DNA of 57,696 bases from an uncultured Bacilli bacterium (lineage in GTDB: Bacteria > Bacillota_I > Bacilli_A > RF39 > UBA660), in assembly GCA_947631475.1 (NCBI GenBank), contig CANRLI010000001.1:1-57696 (forward strand), read 5' to 3'. The notes under the pieces are model-generated. The model was not told where the DNA came from. It was given only the letters and a program-made list of their open reading frames with translations, and made no database searches. The stretch's first letter is position 1; each line of letters begins with the position of its first letter. Below, piece by piece: positions 1 to 8,644 of this stretch. The position numbers and the translations under genes are program-made.

Positions 1-938
1 TTAATTTCATATTGATAACTGGTTGATGAAGAACTTTTTAATTTAGGTAACTGAATATTTTCTTTATTAGTTAGTAATTTTTCATAGTAAGCTAATAAGT
101 CTTTTTCAGTATTAAAATCTGGTAAAGCATAGGAATGATAAATTGTAGATATTTGAAATTCTGTTATTGTATCATCAATAAACGGTTCTTCAGTATAATC
201 TAAATAAGTAAATAAATCTAATTGAATTGGTTCTTTAGATAAATTGTAATCTTTAAAAGAGATAATATTAGGGGAATAAATATCATTTATTTTAAGTTTA
301 TATTTATAAAAACAGACGATGTATTCATTACCAAAGAAGATATCCCAAAATAATTTAGATACGTTTTTTAAATTGTTTCTTATTTTAAGATATATTTTAA
401 ATGTTAGAAGGGGTGAATAGTTTTCGATATTAGTGGTAAAATTATCAATAACATTCATAAAGTCTTGATAAGTTTTAGTATCTAAATTAATGGCAGAAGC
501 TAGTTTTAAGTCATTTAGAAAACCAAGGTGGTTAGAAAAATCACGATATATATATCGATGATGTCTTAAGAAGATTTTCTTTATTTGTTGTTCTTTAGAA
601 CTATGAAAATATTCTTCTAAAGAGATTTTTTTAGCTCCTGGATAATATATGTTATGAAGTTCATAGACTGTTTTTATAATGTCTTGCAGACGATAGGAAT
701 TAATAAAACCTAATGATTTAGATAATAATTCAAGATATAATGGTAAGTTTAAGTCATTAGTTAAAAAGTAAGCAAGATTGTTTATGATGATGGTTATTGA
801 TTTGTTGGGTAAGTTAAGGCGAGCTAGGTAATCATATAAACTGTTGATAATTTGGGGATTATAACCAATTTGGGATTTACTATATGCTTTATATTTAAAG
901 TTACTTAAAAAAGAGCTTTTAATAATTTGTTCATTCAT
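1..938 (-). CDS. hypothetical protein; C-terminus runs off the left edge of the window
   Basis: Not in the supplied ORF track because it is edge-truncated. I checked the minus-strand frame by hand and found no stop from the ATG at 938-936 down to base 3 (312 codons). A GGGGG SD (complement of 945-949) lies ~6 nt upstream. The N-terminus is MNEQIIKSSFLSNFKYK; no motif recognised. Confidence 0.6.
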   Translation of the reverse strand, partial: MNEQIIKSSFLSNFKYKAYSKSQIGYNPQIINSLYDYLARLNLPNKSITIIINNLAYFLTNDLNLPLYLELLSKSLGFINSYRLQDIIKTVYELHNIYYPGAKKISLEEYFHSSKEQQIKKIFLRHHRYIYRDFSNHLGFLNDLKLASAINLDTKTYQDFMNVIDNFTTNIENYSPLLTFKIYLKIRNNLKNVSKLFWDIFFGNEYIVCFYKYKLKINDIYSPNIISFKDYNLSKEPIQLDLFTYLDYTEEPFIDDTITEFQISTIYHSYALPDFNTEKDLLAYYEKLLTNKENIQLPKLKSSSSTSYQYEI

Positions 939-994
939 ATATATCCCCCATTTCTAGGCCATATATTATTTTATAAGGGATATTTTGTCAAATT

Positions 995-2152
995 TTACGG
1001 AGTTTGGTAATTACTAGTTATACCAAAATACTCTTCTAGGGTTAACCAATCACCATTGTTATATAGTTTGGTGGCAAGTTCAACACCGACATAGCGGAAA
1101 TGCCAGGGTTCATACTTATAGCCTGTTTGAGCGGTTTTACCTGCGGGATAACGAAGAATAAAACCATATTTATAGCAATTTTTAGCTAGCCAAATGGCCT
1201 CAGGACTATTTATAAAGGAATCATTTATTTGGTTGACGTCAAAGGCTAAGCCTGATTGATGTTCAGAATGACCAGGGCGGGCAGAGTAAGTATCAGCTTT
1301 GGTAAGTCCATCTCGTATAACATAATTTTCATACAAGGTTTTTTGGCGTTCATATGAGCGGTAGCCACTTTGTAACCAAATATTTAAACCATCTAATTTA
1401 GCAGCCGCCGACATTAAGTCAAAGGCTTCTTTAGTTTGACTAGTTAAACCAGTACCATAATTAGCTGGCAAAAAATAAGTTTTGTTAACAATTAAATAGC
1501 CGTCAATATAAGTTACACCATTTATAGTGGTGCCTGAAAAACCTTTAGAAGTTGTAAAATTAGTGGTAGTTGGTGAATCTGGATTAGTAGTTAATGAAGA
1601 ATTTGTAGTTAAATCTGAGGATTCTTTAGATGCAGTAACCGTTAACGTAAAGTCTTCTCGGGCTACATTACCACTTGAATCTTGAGCTTCATAAGTTAAA
1701 TTATAGGTTCCTTTTTGGTTCATATCATATTTCCCCTTTACTACTGGTATTATATTTTCTTTGGAATTATCAGTGACAATAACATTATTAAGTAAATTAA
1801 TAAGACTGCCTTTTTCAATTATTAACTCTTTATTAAAAGAAATTGTGGGTTTTTCTTCATCATATACATCTAATTCATAGGAATAAGTATGTTCTTTTTG
1901 GTAATTATCAACCACAATAAAATTAATTATTTGCGAGCCAAGAGTTGAAGTATCAATCATTTGTTTAGAAGTTTTTAAATGACCATTTTTAAGTTTATGA
2001 ATAAAATCTGTATTATAGGCAATTTCATTTATAGAAATACGAACTTTTTGCTCATAATCAATTATAATTTTTTTAGGTATCAAAAATGGTATTATAAAAA
2101 GTGAAATAATAAGTAAGATAATTAAATAATGGTAATATTTTACTTTTTTCAT
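995..2152 (-). CDS. D-alanyl-D-alanine carboxypeptidase, VanY / peptidase M15B family, with N-terminal membrane anchor and Ig-like domain
   Basis: C-terminal motifs YRSYERQ, SEHQSGLAFDV and EPWHFRYVG match the VanY Zn-binding and catalytic pattern. There is an N-terminal hydrophobic anchor. A central EKPTISF...GTYNLTYEAQDSSGN segment resembles bacterial Ig-like (DUF5011-type) domains. Confidence 0.85.
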   Translation of the reverse strand: MKKVKYYHYLIILLIISLFIIPFLIPKKIIIDYEQKVRISINEIAYNTDFIHKLKNGHLKTSKQMIDTSTLGSQIINFIVVDNYQKEHTYSYELDVYDEEKPTISFNKELIIEKGSLINLLNNVIVTDNSKENIIPVVKGKYDMNQKGTYNLTYEAQDSSGNVAREDFTLTVTASKESSDLTTNSSLTTNPDSPTTTNFTTSKGFSGTTINGVTYIDGYLIVNKTYFLPANYGTGLTSQTKEAFDLMSAAAKLDGLNIWLQSGYRSYERQKTLYENYVIRDGLTKADTYSARPGHSEHQSGLAFDVNQINDSFINSPEAIWLAKNCYKYGFILRYPAGKTAQTGYKYEPWHFRYVGVELATKLYNNGDWLTLEEYFGITSNYQTP

Positions 2153-2239
2153 ATGATTAGGCCCCTATTCTTCTTTATATTTAGTATTGATAAATATAAA
2201 GAAAATATAAGTTAGTAATCATATAAATGCTTATATAAA

Positions 2240-4279
2240 TTAAGATTTATATTTTAAGATACGGGTAGTATTTAAAATAGTTAGTAAAGTTACACCGGTA
2301 TCGGCAAAAACAGCATGCCACATTGAAGAAAGACCTAATGCTGAAAGTGTTAAAACAATTATTTTAACAGCAAGAGCAAAGATGAGGTTTTCTTTAATTA
2401 TTTTATGTGTTTTTTTAGAGATATTAATAGCGGTAATTATTTTGGCGAGATCATCGTTAGGAATAACTATATCGGATGATTCAATAGCAGCGGCACTACC
2501 AAGATTACCCATAGAAATGCCAATATCACTACGAGCTAGAGATGGCGCATCATTGATGCCATCACCAATAAAGGCAGTTTTACCATTAGGATTATTTTGT
2601 AATTCTTTTTCTAATAAGTGATATTTATCAGTTGGCAATAATTCATATTTAACTTCCGTGATATTTAGTTTTTGGGCTATATCTAAAGCTGTTTTTTCTT
2701 CATCACCGGTAAACATAAGGGTCTTAATATTCATTTTATTTAAAATACTGATTGTTTTTTGAACACCTGGTTTTAAAGTATCAGTTCGTTTTAAACGAGC
2801 AATAATTTGATTATCAAGGCTAAGATATATGGCGTTATCTTGTTCTTTAGCTTTAAGAAAAGTACAACTGCCTATTTTGATATGGTGTTTTAATAGATCA
2901 TAACTAAGTCCTTGACCACTTATCTCTTTAAAATTTTTAACATCTTTAGTATTAACTTTTTGCTTAAAGAAGTTATTAATGGCGATAGCGATTGGATGGT
3001 TAGAAAATTTTTCGCCTTTAAGATAATAATCGATAATTTGGTTTTCTTGATAATTATCATTTAAGATTTCTAATGTAAAGTTGTTAAAGTCACCAGTTGT
3101 TAAAGTCCCTGTTTTATCAAAAATAATTTTATTAACATCTTTTAAACCATCTAAATAATCGCTTCCTTTGATTAAGATACCCGCTTTGGAAGAAGCACCC
3201 AGACCAGTAAAATAACTTAGAGGAACAGATATAGCGATAGCACAAGGACAAGCAATAACTAGAAAGGATAAAGCACGATAAAGAGCACTTTTAAAAGGGA
3301 TGTTAAATAATGGTGGAAATGTTAAAGCTACTAAGATAGCTAAAATGATAACAACGGGGGTATAGATACGAGCTGAAGTAGCTACAAAATTTTCTGTTTT
3401 AGCTTTACGATCAGTAGCATTTTCAACTAAGTCAAGAATTCTACTAACTGTACTATTTTCATACGTTTTAGTTACTTTAACTTCTATAATTTCATCAGTA
3501 TTAATACAACCACTTAGTACTTCATCATTTATTGTGACATGACGTAGTTTGGTCTCGCCTGTTAAAGCAATTGTATTTAGGGAAGTCTGCCCTTTTACAA
3601 CAAGACCATCTAAGGGGATTCTTTCACCCTTTTTAATAAGAATTATGTCATTTATTTGGACATTTTCAGGATTTACTTTAATTATTTCGTCTTTAACTTT
3701 TAAATTAGCATATTCAGGTTTTATATTCATTAAATTAGCGATGGATTTACGTGAATGATTTAAGGCTATTGTTTCTAATATTTCACCAATATTATATAAG
3801 ATGATAACCATTAAACCTTCAAGGATATTATCCGTAAAATAAGCTCCTATACAGGAAATAGTAATGAGAAGATTTTCATCAATTATTTTAGATTTAAATA
3901 ATAAATTAAGGGCTTTAAGAGCTATTTCATATAATAAAATGATATAAGCTAAAATAAAAAGAATCGTCGCAATAAGTGAACCATCATTTAGAATAGCAAT
4001 AAGAGTAAAAAAAAGGGCAATGACTAATTTAATTATGTCAAATGTTACAGAAGCGGTTGTTTCTTCTTCTAAAGGACTAACAATAATATCAGGTTCTATT
4101 TCTTTAATTTTAGTAGAAACATATTTTTGGGGATTATCTTCTTGGGAAGAAAAAGAAAGGGTTGATTTAGAAAAGTTAACGACAACATTACTTAATTTAG
4201 CATCTTTATTTAAGTGTTTTTCAATTTGTTGAGCACAATTAAGGCAATCAAGATTTTGTAATCTATATTTATAGTTCAT
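2240..4279 (-). CDS. heavy-metal translocating P1B-type ATPase (Cd/Zn/Co class)
   Basis: Has an HMA-like CLNC motif at the N-terminus, a transmembrane CPC motif (ACPCAI), the DKTGTLT phosphorylation site and the GDGINDAP hinge. It overlaps the upstream ArsR-family gene by 11 nt. Confidence 0.9.
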   Translation of the reverse strand: MNYKYRLQNLDCLNCAQQIEKHLNKDAKLSNVVVNFSKSTLSFSSQEDNPQKYVSTKIKEIEPDIIVSPLEEETTASVTFDIIKLVIALFFTLIAILNDGSLIATILFILAYIILLYEIALKALNLLFKSKIIDENLLITISCIGAYFTDNILEGLMVIILYNIGEILETIALNHSRKSIANLMNIKPEYANLKVKDEIIKVNPENVQINDIILIKKGERIPLDGLVVKGQTSLNTIALTGETKLRHVTINDEVLSGCINTDEIIEVKVTKTYENSTVSRILDLVENATDRKAKTENFVATSARIYTPVVIILAILVALTFPPLFNIPFKSALYRALSFLVIACPCAIAISVPLSYFTGLGASSKAGILIKGSDYLDGLKDVNKIIFDKTGTLTTGDFNNFTLEILNDNYQENQIIDYYLKGEKFSNHPIAIAINNFFKQKVNTKDVKNFKEISGQGLSYDLLKHHIKIGSCTFLKAKEQDNAIYLSLDNQIIARLKRTDTLKPGVQKTISILNKMNIKTLMFTGDEEKTALDIAQKLNITEVKYELLPTDKYHLLEKELQNNPNGKTAFIGDGINDAPSLARSDIGISMGNLGSAAAIESSDIVIPNDDLAKIITAINISKKTHKIIKENLIFALAVKIIVLTLSALGLSSMWHAVFADTGVTLLTILNTTRILKYKS

Positions 4280-4562
4280 TAATATGTTCCACTCCCATCA
4301 TAAATATTTTTTCCACATGATTATCAGCTAAAGAATAATATATTGTTTGACCATCTTTACGATATTTAACTAATTTAGATTGTTTTAAGAGACGTAGTTG
4401 ATGAGAAACAGCTGATTGAGAAACATTTATCTCTTCGGCAATATCATTAACACATAATTCTTTATTAATTAAAACATTAATGATTTTAACTCTTGTTGAA
4501 TCACCAAATATTTTAAATAATTCAGATAAGTCTATTACTTTGTCTTCATTTAATAATTCCAT
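4269..4562 (-). CDS. ArsR/SmtB-family metalloregulator with CzrA-like alpha5 site
   Basis: Winged HTH (SQSAVSHQLRLLK) and ELCVNDIA. The C-terminal DNHVEKIFMMGVEHINE fits the D-x-H-x10-H-x2-E alpha5 metal site of CzrA/SmtB. It is the first gene of an operon with the P1B ATPase. Confidence 0.85.
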   Translation of the reverse strand: MELLNEDKVIDLSELFKIFGDSTRVKIINVLINKELCVNDIAEEINVSQSAVSHQLRLLKQSKLVKYRKDGQTIYYSLADNHVEKIFMMGVEHINEL

Positions 4563-4575
4563 AAGATATCTCCTT

Positions 4576-4597
4576 TATATGAATATATGTTCATATA
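4576..4597. promoter_or_regulatory. candidate ArsR/SmtB operator (8-6-8 inverted repeat TATATGAA-N6-TTCATATA)
   Basis: Perfect 8-bp arms lie immediately upstream of the regulator's SD and start. The TGAA/TTCA-containing imperfect palindrome resembles the 12-2-12 type operators of this family. Confidence 0.5.
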
Positions 4598-4624
4598 TTA
4601 ATATTTTATGATATATAATATCTG

Positions 4625-5560
4625 ATGTCAAGTAAATATGTTATAATTATTAAAGGATGTGATATTGTGTTATATAAAAAAGGAGATAGTAAGTTAAAAA
4701 ATAATCAAGCAAAAGAATTTATTTTTGATACAGAAATATTTAATGATGACATCGATCTTAAAGATATAGCCGCTTTAGAAGGTTTTTATAAAAAAAATAA
4801 TTATTTACCTACTCAGTATATTAGTTTATTTTTAAATTATATAACATATTATACAAGATCTTCAGTATTAAATCCACTTGATGATCCATTAACGGCAGAT
4901 TATAAAAATAAATGTTCATTGGCTGCTAGTATTAATCATGAATTATTAACTAAGATGGGCTTTGAAGCAATATTATTTAATGTTGGCGATGTTATGGGAA
5001 CAAATAAAATACATCAATTATGTATGGTATGGATACCAACGATGATAGATAATAAATTAGTTAAGAAAGCATATCTTTTAGATCCGACTTTTAGGCAATT
5101 TTGTTTAGCCGAAGAAAATAGGTATGAAAGATATTTTGAAGAAGAAAGATATAGTGTTAGAAGAGCAACTCCTCATCCAGGCTACTTTATGAAACTTGAT
5201 AGTAGCGGAATTTCTTTAGCTGAAGATATAATTAAATATGGGTATTTTGAAGTAACAGATGCAAAGTTAAAAAGATATTTTGATAGTTATTATTTTTATT
5301 TAAAGAGAAAAGAAGAATATAAGGATGAAAAAATGCTTGGTAAAGAATATATCTCCCCTATTTCAGGTCAAGAATATTATGATAAGGTTATGCGTAATAA
5401 GTTAGATTTTAAAGTAGGTGATTATGGAGCTATTACCACGCCTTTAGAAAGAATTGTAAAGGAAAGAAATAAGTTAAAAAATAGACTTAAATATTTTATA
5501 TCTCATAAGGATCCATTAGCCAGTGAGATAAAGTTTGAAGATGATAATTTGAAGTTTTAA
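4625..5560 (+). CDS. hypothetical protein with a possible transglutaminase-like Cys-His-Asp core
   Basis: NKCSLAASINHELLTKMGFEAILFNVG ... KIHQLCMVWIP ... AYLLDPTF has the spacing of the transglutaminase-like/papain-fold motif (G-x-C...H-x-W...D-P-T). The start is uncertain: an in-frame GTG at 4667 has a better AGGA SD. Confidence 0.45.
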   Translation: MSSKYVIIIKGCDIVLYKKGDSKLKNNQAKEFIFDTEIFNDDIDLKDIAALEGFYKKNNYLPTQYISLFLNYITYYTRSSVLNPLDDPLTADYKNKCSLAASINHELLTKMGFEAILFNVGDVMGTNKIHQLCMVWIPTMIDNKLVKKAYLLDPTFRQFCLAEENRYERYFEEERYSVRRATPHPGYFMKLDSSGISLAEDIIKYGYFEVTDAKLKRYFDSYYFYLKRKEEYKDEKMLGKEYISPISGQEYYDKVMRNKLDFKVGDYGAITTPLERIVKERNKLKNRLKYFISHKDPLASEIKFEDDNLKF

Positions 5561-5567
5561 TGGCATA

Positions 5568-5595
5568 CTAAAAGGGTATTAGTCTACCCTTTTAG
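5568..5595. terminator. bidirectional rho-independent terminator between convergent genes
   Basis: Perfect 11-bp stem CTAAAAGGGTA / TACCCTTTTAG with a 6-nt loop, flanked by A/T runs. Confidence 0.7.
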
Positions 5596-5599
5596 ATGC

Positions 5600-5878
5600 T
5601 TATTTTTTTACTTCAAAATCTAAAATATCTTTAAAAGCTATTTTTTTATTGTTAATGGTAATAAATGAATCATCTTTACATAAGATAAGTTTTTCATTAC
5701 TTGTGCCATCTTTAGTAGTAATAGAAACGTTTAATCTATTAGCATAACCATTACTATCAAAATAACTTTTTAATTCATTAACGTCTTTGGCTGGATGATG
5801 ACGTTCAGCATGAAAATAATCATTGTTATTCTTGATGTTTTTGTCTATTTTATTGGCATAAACTTTTGGTAATGTCAT
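5600..5878 (-). CDS. hypothetical small protein
   Basis: The ORF-track start (5926) has no SD. The internal ATG at 5878 (MTLPKVYANKIDK...) is preceded by TAGGAGGAATAAT. No motif recognised. Confidence 0.55.
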   Translation of the reverse strand: MTLPKVYANKIDKNIKNNNDYFHAERHHPAKDVNELKSYFDSNGYANRLNVSITTKDGTSNEKLILCKDDSFITINNKKIAFKDILDFEVKK

Positions 5879-5936
5879 ATTATTCCTCCTATCTAAGTAT
5901 ATGTATAAATGAACTATTTTTGACAATTATAATAAT

Positions 5937-6962
5937 ATGAAAAAAATATTAAATAATAAATATATCATTATGGTGCCTATTTTAATACTTAATATAATTA
6001 GTTTAATATATTTACATAGAAGTGAATATTTTACTAAGCAATTATTTTATCTAATTATAAGTTTTATTATTTTATTAATAATGAGTCGTATTAATTATAA
6101 ATTTATAATGAAGTATAGTAAGTATTTATATTTTCTAGCATGTTTATTACTTTTGTTAGTTTTATTTGTTGGAAGAGAGATTAAGGGAGCTAAGGCATGG
6201 TTACATATTTATAAAATATCTATTCAACCAAGTGAAATTGCTAAATTAGCTTTAGTAGTTTATATGTCTTATTTAGTCATTAAAAAAGCAAATATTTTTT
6301 ATATTATGTTAGTAATTATTATTCCTTCTATTTTAACTTTTTTAGAACCTGATACTGGGGCTGTTTTATTTTATGTAATTATATTTTTAGCAGCTTTGAA
6401 GTATTTTAAAATTAATAAAAAGATATTAATTGGGATAGGAGTTTTTGGAGCTATTATTTTAGGAGGAGGAATTAGTTTATATTTTATTAATAAAGATTTA
6501 TTAATAGATATTTTAGGAACTGATTTACTTTATCGGATTGACCGATTAGTAGCTTTTAAGGAACAAAATAATATTCAAAATGTTAATTCTTTGATATCTA
6601 TTGGAGCTCATCATTTGTTATATATTCCAGAAAGTCATAATGATTTTATTTTTGCAGGAATTATTAGTAAATATCATTTTTTAGTATTTGGAATAATATT
6701 ATTATGTTATATAGCAATATTTATTTATTATTTAAGGTATATTAACCAGAAAAAAAACATATCTAATATTTTTAATTTTATTTTATTAAATATTTTTTTA
6801 TTTCAAATATTTTATAATATTTTAATGAATTTATCTTTATTACCAATTATTGGAATACCTCTACCCTTTTTAAGTTATGGTGGATCTTATTTAATTACTT
6901 TGTATGCTTTAATTGGTTTATCAATTAATTTAAATTTACATCCTAATAGTAAAATGGTCTAG
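5937..6962 (+). CDS. SEDS-family peptidoglycan glycosyltransferase (FtsW/RodA/SpoVE)
   Basis: Multi-TM protein with PSEIAKLALVVY, EPDTGAVL, HNDFIFAGI and LPFLSYGGS motifs typical of FtsW/RodA. Confidence 0.85.
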   Translation: MKKILNNKYIIMVPILILNIISLIYLHRSEYFTKQLFYLIISFIILLIMSRINYKFIMKYSKYLYFLACLLLLLVLFVGREIKGAKAWLHIYKISIQPSEIAKLALVVYMSYLVIKKANIFYIMLVIIIPSILTFLEPDTGAVLFYVIIFLAALKYFKINKKILIGIGVFGAIILGGGISLYFINKDLLIDILGTDLLYRIDRLVAFKEQNNIQNVNSLISIGAHHLLYIPESHNDFIFAGIISKYHFLVFGIILLCYIAIFIYYLRYINQKKNISNIFNFILLNIFLFQIFYNILMNLSLLPIIGIPLPFLSYGGSYLITLYALIGLSINLNLHPNSKMV

Positions 6963-7152
6963 GTCCATAGTATCCTGGGTTATAACCATAGTTATATGGG
7001 CCATAAGGATATGGGCCTTGGTTAGCAATAATTGGACGAGGACGACTTACTCCAACAGCTGCGCCTCCTACTAATGCGCCAGTTATAAATGGTAAAACAA
7101 AGCCTCCTCCAATGAAGCGACCATCTCTAGTATACGGATAATTATTATACAT
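6943..7152 (-). CDS. small Gly-zipper membrane protein with Tyr/Pro/Gly-rich tail
   Basis: AAAGGAG SD 8 nt upstream of the ATG. GGGFVLPFITGALVGGAAVG is followed by PYPYGPYNYGYNPGYYGPRPFYY. The 3' end overlaps the convergent SEDS gene by 20 nt. Confidence 0.55.
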   Translation of the reverse strand: MYNNYPYTRDGRFIGGGFVLPFITGALVGGAAVGVSRPRPIIANQGPYPYGPYNYGYNPGYYGPRPFYY

Positions 7153-7224
7153 AATAAAACTCCTTTCATTATATTGTATGATAGGTTTTTTTATTTGCTA
7201 TTTCTTGGTCGCTTTTAAAAGGAT

Positions 7225-8460
7225 TTAAGCAAAGATGCCTAAGAATTGTTTTTTCTTACCTTTTCTTATAATTATAACTTGGTGATCAATAGCAATATCT
7301 TGATCAATAATAGCATTTTCATCTGTATATTTTTGATTGTTAATAGCTATAGCGTTACTACAAAGCATTTCACGGGCTTCTCTTTTGGAAGTGCAAATGC
7401 CGTTATCAACAAGTAAATCGATTAATTTAATAGGACCATTTAAAGTGATAGATGGAACCATTTTCATGCCAAGCTTGATTTCACTAGCTGATAAGCCAGT
7501 TAGATCCCCACCAAATAGTGCTTCACTAATTTGTACCGCTTTTTTATATTCTTCTTCACCATGTAGATCAGTGATAATTGCTTGGGCTAAAGCTTTTTGA
7601 GCTAATCTTTTTTCAGGGGCCTGCAAATGTTGTTTTTCAATATCTAAAATTTCTTCAGGGCTTAGAAAAGTAAGCATTTTTAAGTAACTGATAATCATTG
7701 AATCTTCAAGACCAATAAAATATTGATATAGTTCATAACTTGAAGTTTTATTTTTATCAAGCCATAAAGCATTGCCTTCTGTTTTACCAAATTTTTTACC
7801 ACTAGAATCAGTTACAAGAGGCATTACCATGCCATAAGCTTCTTGATCAAGTTTTTTACGGATAAGTTCAATACCTGAGGTAATATTGCCCCACTGATCA
7901 GATCCAGCTACTTGTAGGGTACAATTACGTGTTTGGTAAAGATGTAGAAAATCCATAGCTTGAAGAATCATATAACTAAATTCAGCGTAAGTGATACCCG
8001 TTTCTAAACGACTTTTAACTTTGTCTTTGGCAAGCATGTAATTAATATTAAAAAATTTACCATAATCTCTTAAAAAATCTAAGATGTTAATATCTTTAGT
8101 CCAATCGTAATTATTAACAACTTCAAAACCAAATATTTCTTCTGCTTGCTTGGTTAACCCTTGAATATTATGTTCTACTTCTTCTTTAGTTATCATCGGT
8201 CTTTCGGCATTAGGTTTAGGATCACCTATTAGGCCAGTAGCACCACCAACTAATAATATCGGATGATGGCCATGTTTAGCTAATCTTTTACTAATTAAAA
8301 ATGATGAATAATGGCCAATGTGCATAGAATCGGCCGTTGGATCTGTACCGATATAGAAAGTTAGTCCTCCTTTATTAAGTTTGTCAATTAATTCAGGACT
8401 GCTAATATCTTGAATAAGACCACGCCATTTTAATTCTTCATATAATGTCATTTTTTCCAT
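7225..8460 (-). CDS. tyrS: tyrosyl-tRNA synthetase
   Basis: HIGH motif (MHIGHY), KMSKS-type KFGKT and a C-terminal S4-like domain. I set the start at ATG 8460 (MEKMTLYEEL, AAGGA SD), because the 11-codon extension in the track overlaps the T-box terminator. Confidence 0.93.
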   Translation of the reverse strand: MEKMTLYEELKWRGLIQDISSPELIDKLNKGGLTFYIGTDPTADSMHIGHYSSFLISKRLAKHGHHPILLVGGATGLIGDPKPNAERPMITKEEVEHNIQGLTKQAEEIFGFEVVNNYDWTKDINILDFLRDYGKFFNINYMLAKDKVKSRLETGITYAEFSYMILQAMDFLHLYQTRNCTLQVAGSDQWGNITSGIELIRKKLDQEAYGMVMPLVTDSSGKKFGKTEGNALWLDKNKTSSYELYQYFIGLEDSMIISYLKMLTFLSPEEILDIEKQHLQAPEKRLAQKALAQAIITDLHGEEEYKKAVQISEALFGGDLTGLSASEIKLGMKMVPSITLNGPIKLIDLLVDNGICTSKREAREMLCSNAIAINNQKYTDENAIIDQDIAIDHQVIIIRKGKKKQFLGIFA

Positions 8461-8475
8461 ATTTATCCTTCTTTC

Positions 8476-8612
8476 TAAAATAAAAAAGTTCATAATCTAA
8501 GGACGCTTATGCGCGGTACCACCTTAGTTTATGAACTTGCTCATACACTTTATCTCTTAACGCGAGAAACGTTTTAGCTCCAGAGGCGTAAATTCTTTCA
8601 TTGCTAATTAAA
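8476..8612 (-). promoter_or_regulatory. T-box leader (Tyr, putative specifier UAC) with intrinsic terminator
   Basis: On the minus strand the T-box core is AAACTAAGGTGGTACCGCG (8511-8530). The terminator arms GTTCATAAACTAAGG / CCTTAGATTATGAAC span 8488-8536 and are followed by TTTTTTATTTT. GAATT-TAC-GCC (TAC = 8588-8590) aligns with the specifier position of the leuS leader in this window. Confidence 0.8.
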
Positions 8613-8616
8613 TTAA

Positions 8617-8644
8617 ATTATAACATTTTAATTTTATTTGTCAA
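8617..8644 (-). promoter_or_regulatory. sigma-A type promoter for the tyrS leader (TTGACA-16-TGtTATAAT)
   Basis: Consensus -35 (8639-8644), extended -10 TG and consensus -10 (8617-8622). The -35 overlaps the last codons of the upstream surface-protein gene. Confidence 0.6.

Noticed and set aside
2382-4232. Three short plus-strand ORFs (2382-2621, 3549-3758, 4020-4232) inside the P-type ATPase gene
   Set aside because: They are antisense to an ATPase with all canonical motifs intact, have no SD and have no recognisable features.
8461-8493. N-terminal extension of the tyrS ORF (MNFFILERRIN) in the track
   Set aside because: These codons lie inside the T-box terminator and U-tract. The ATG at 8460 has an SD and gives the conserved TyrS N-terminus.
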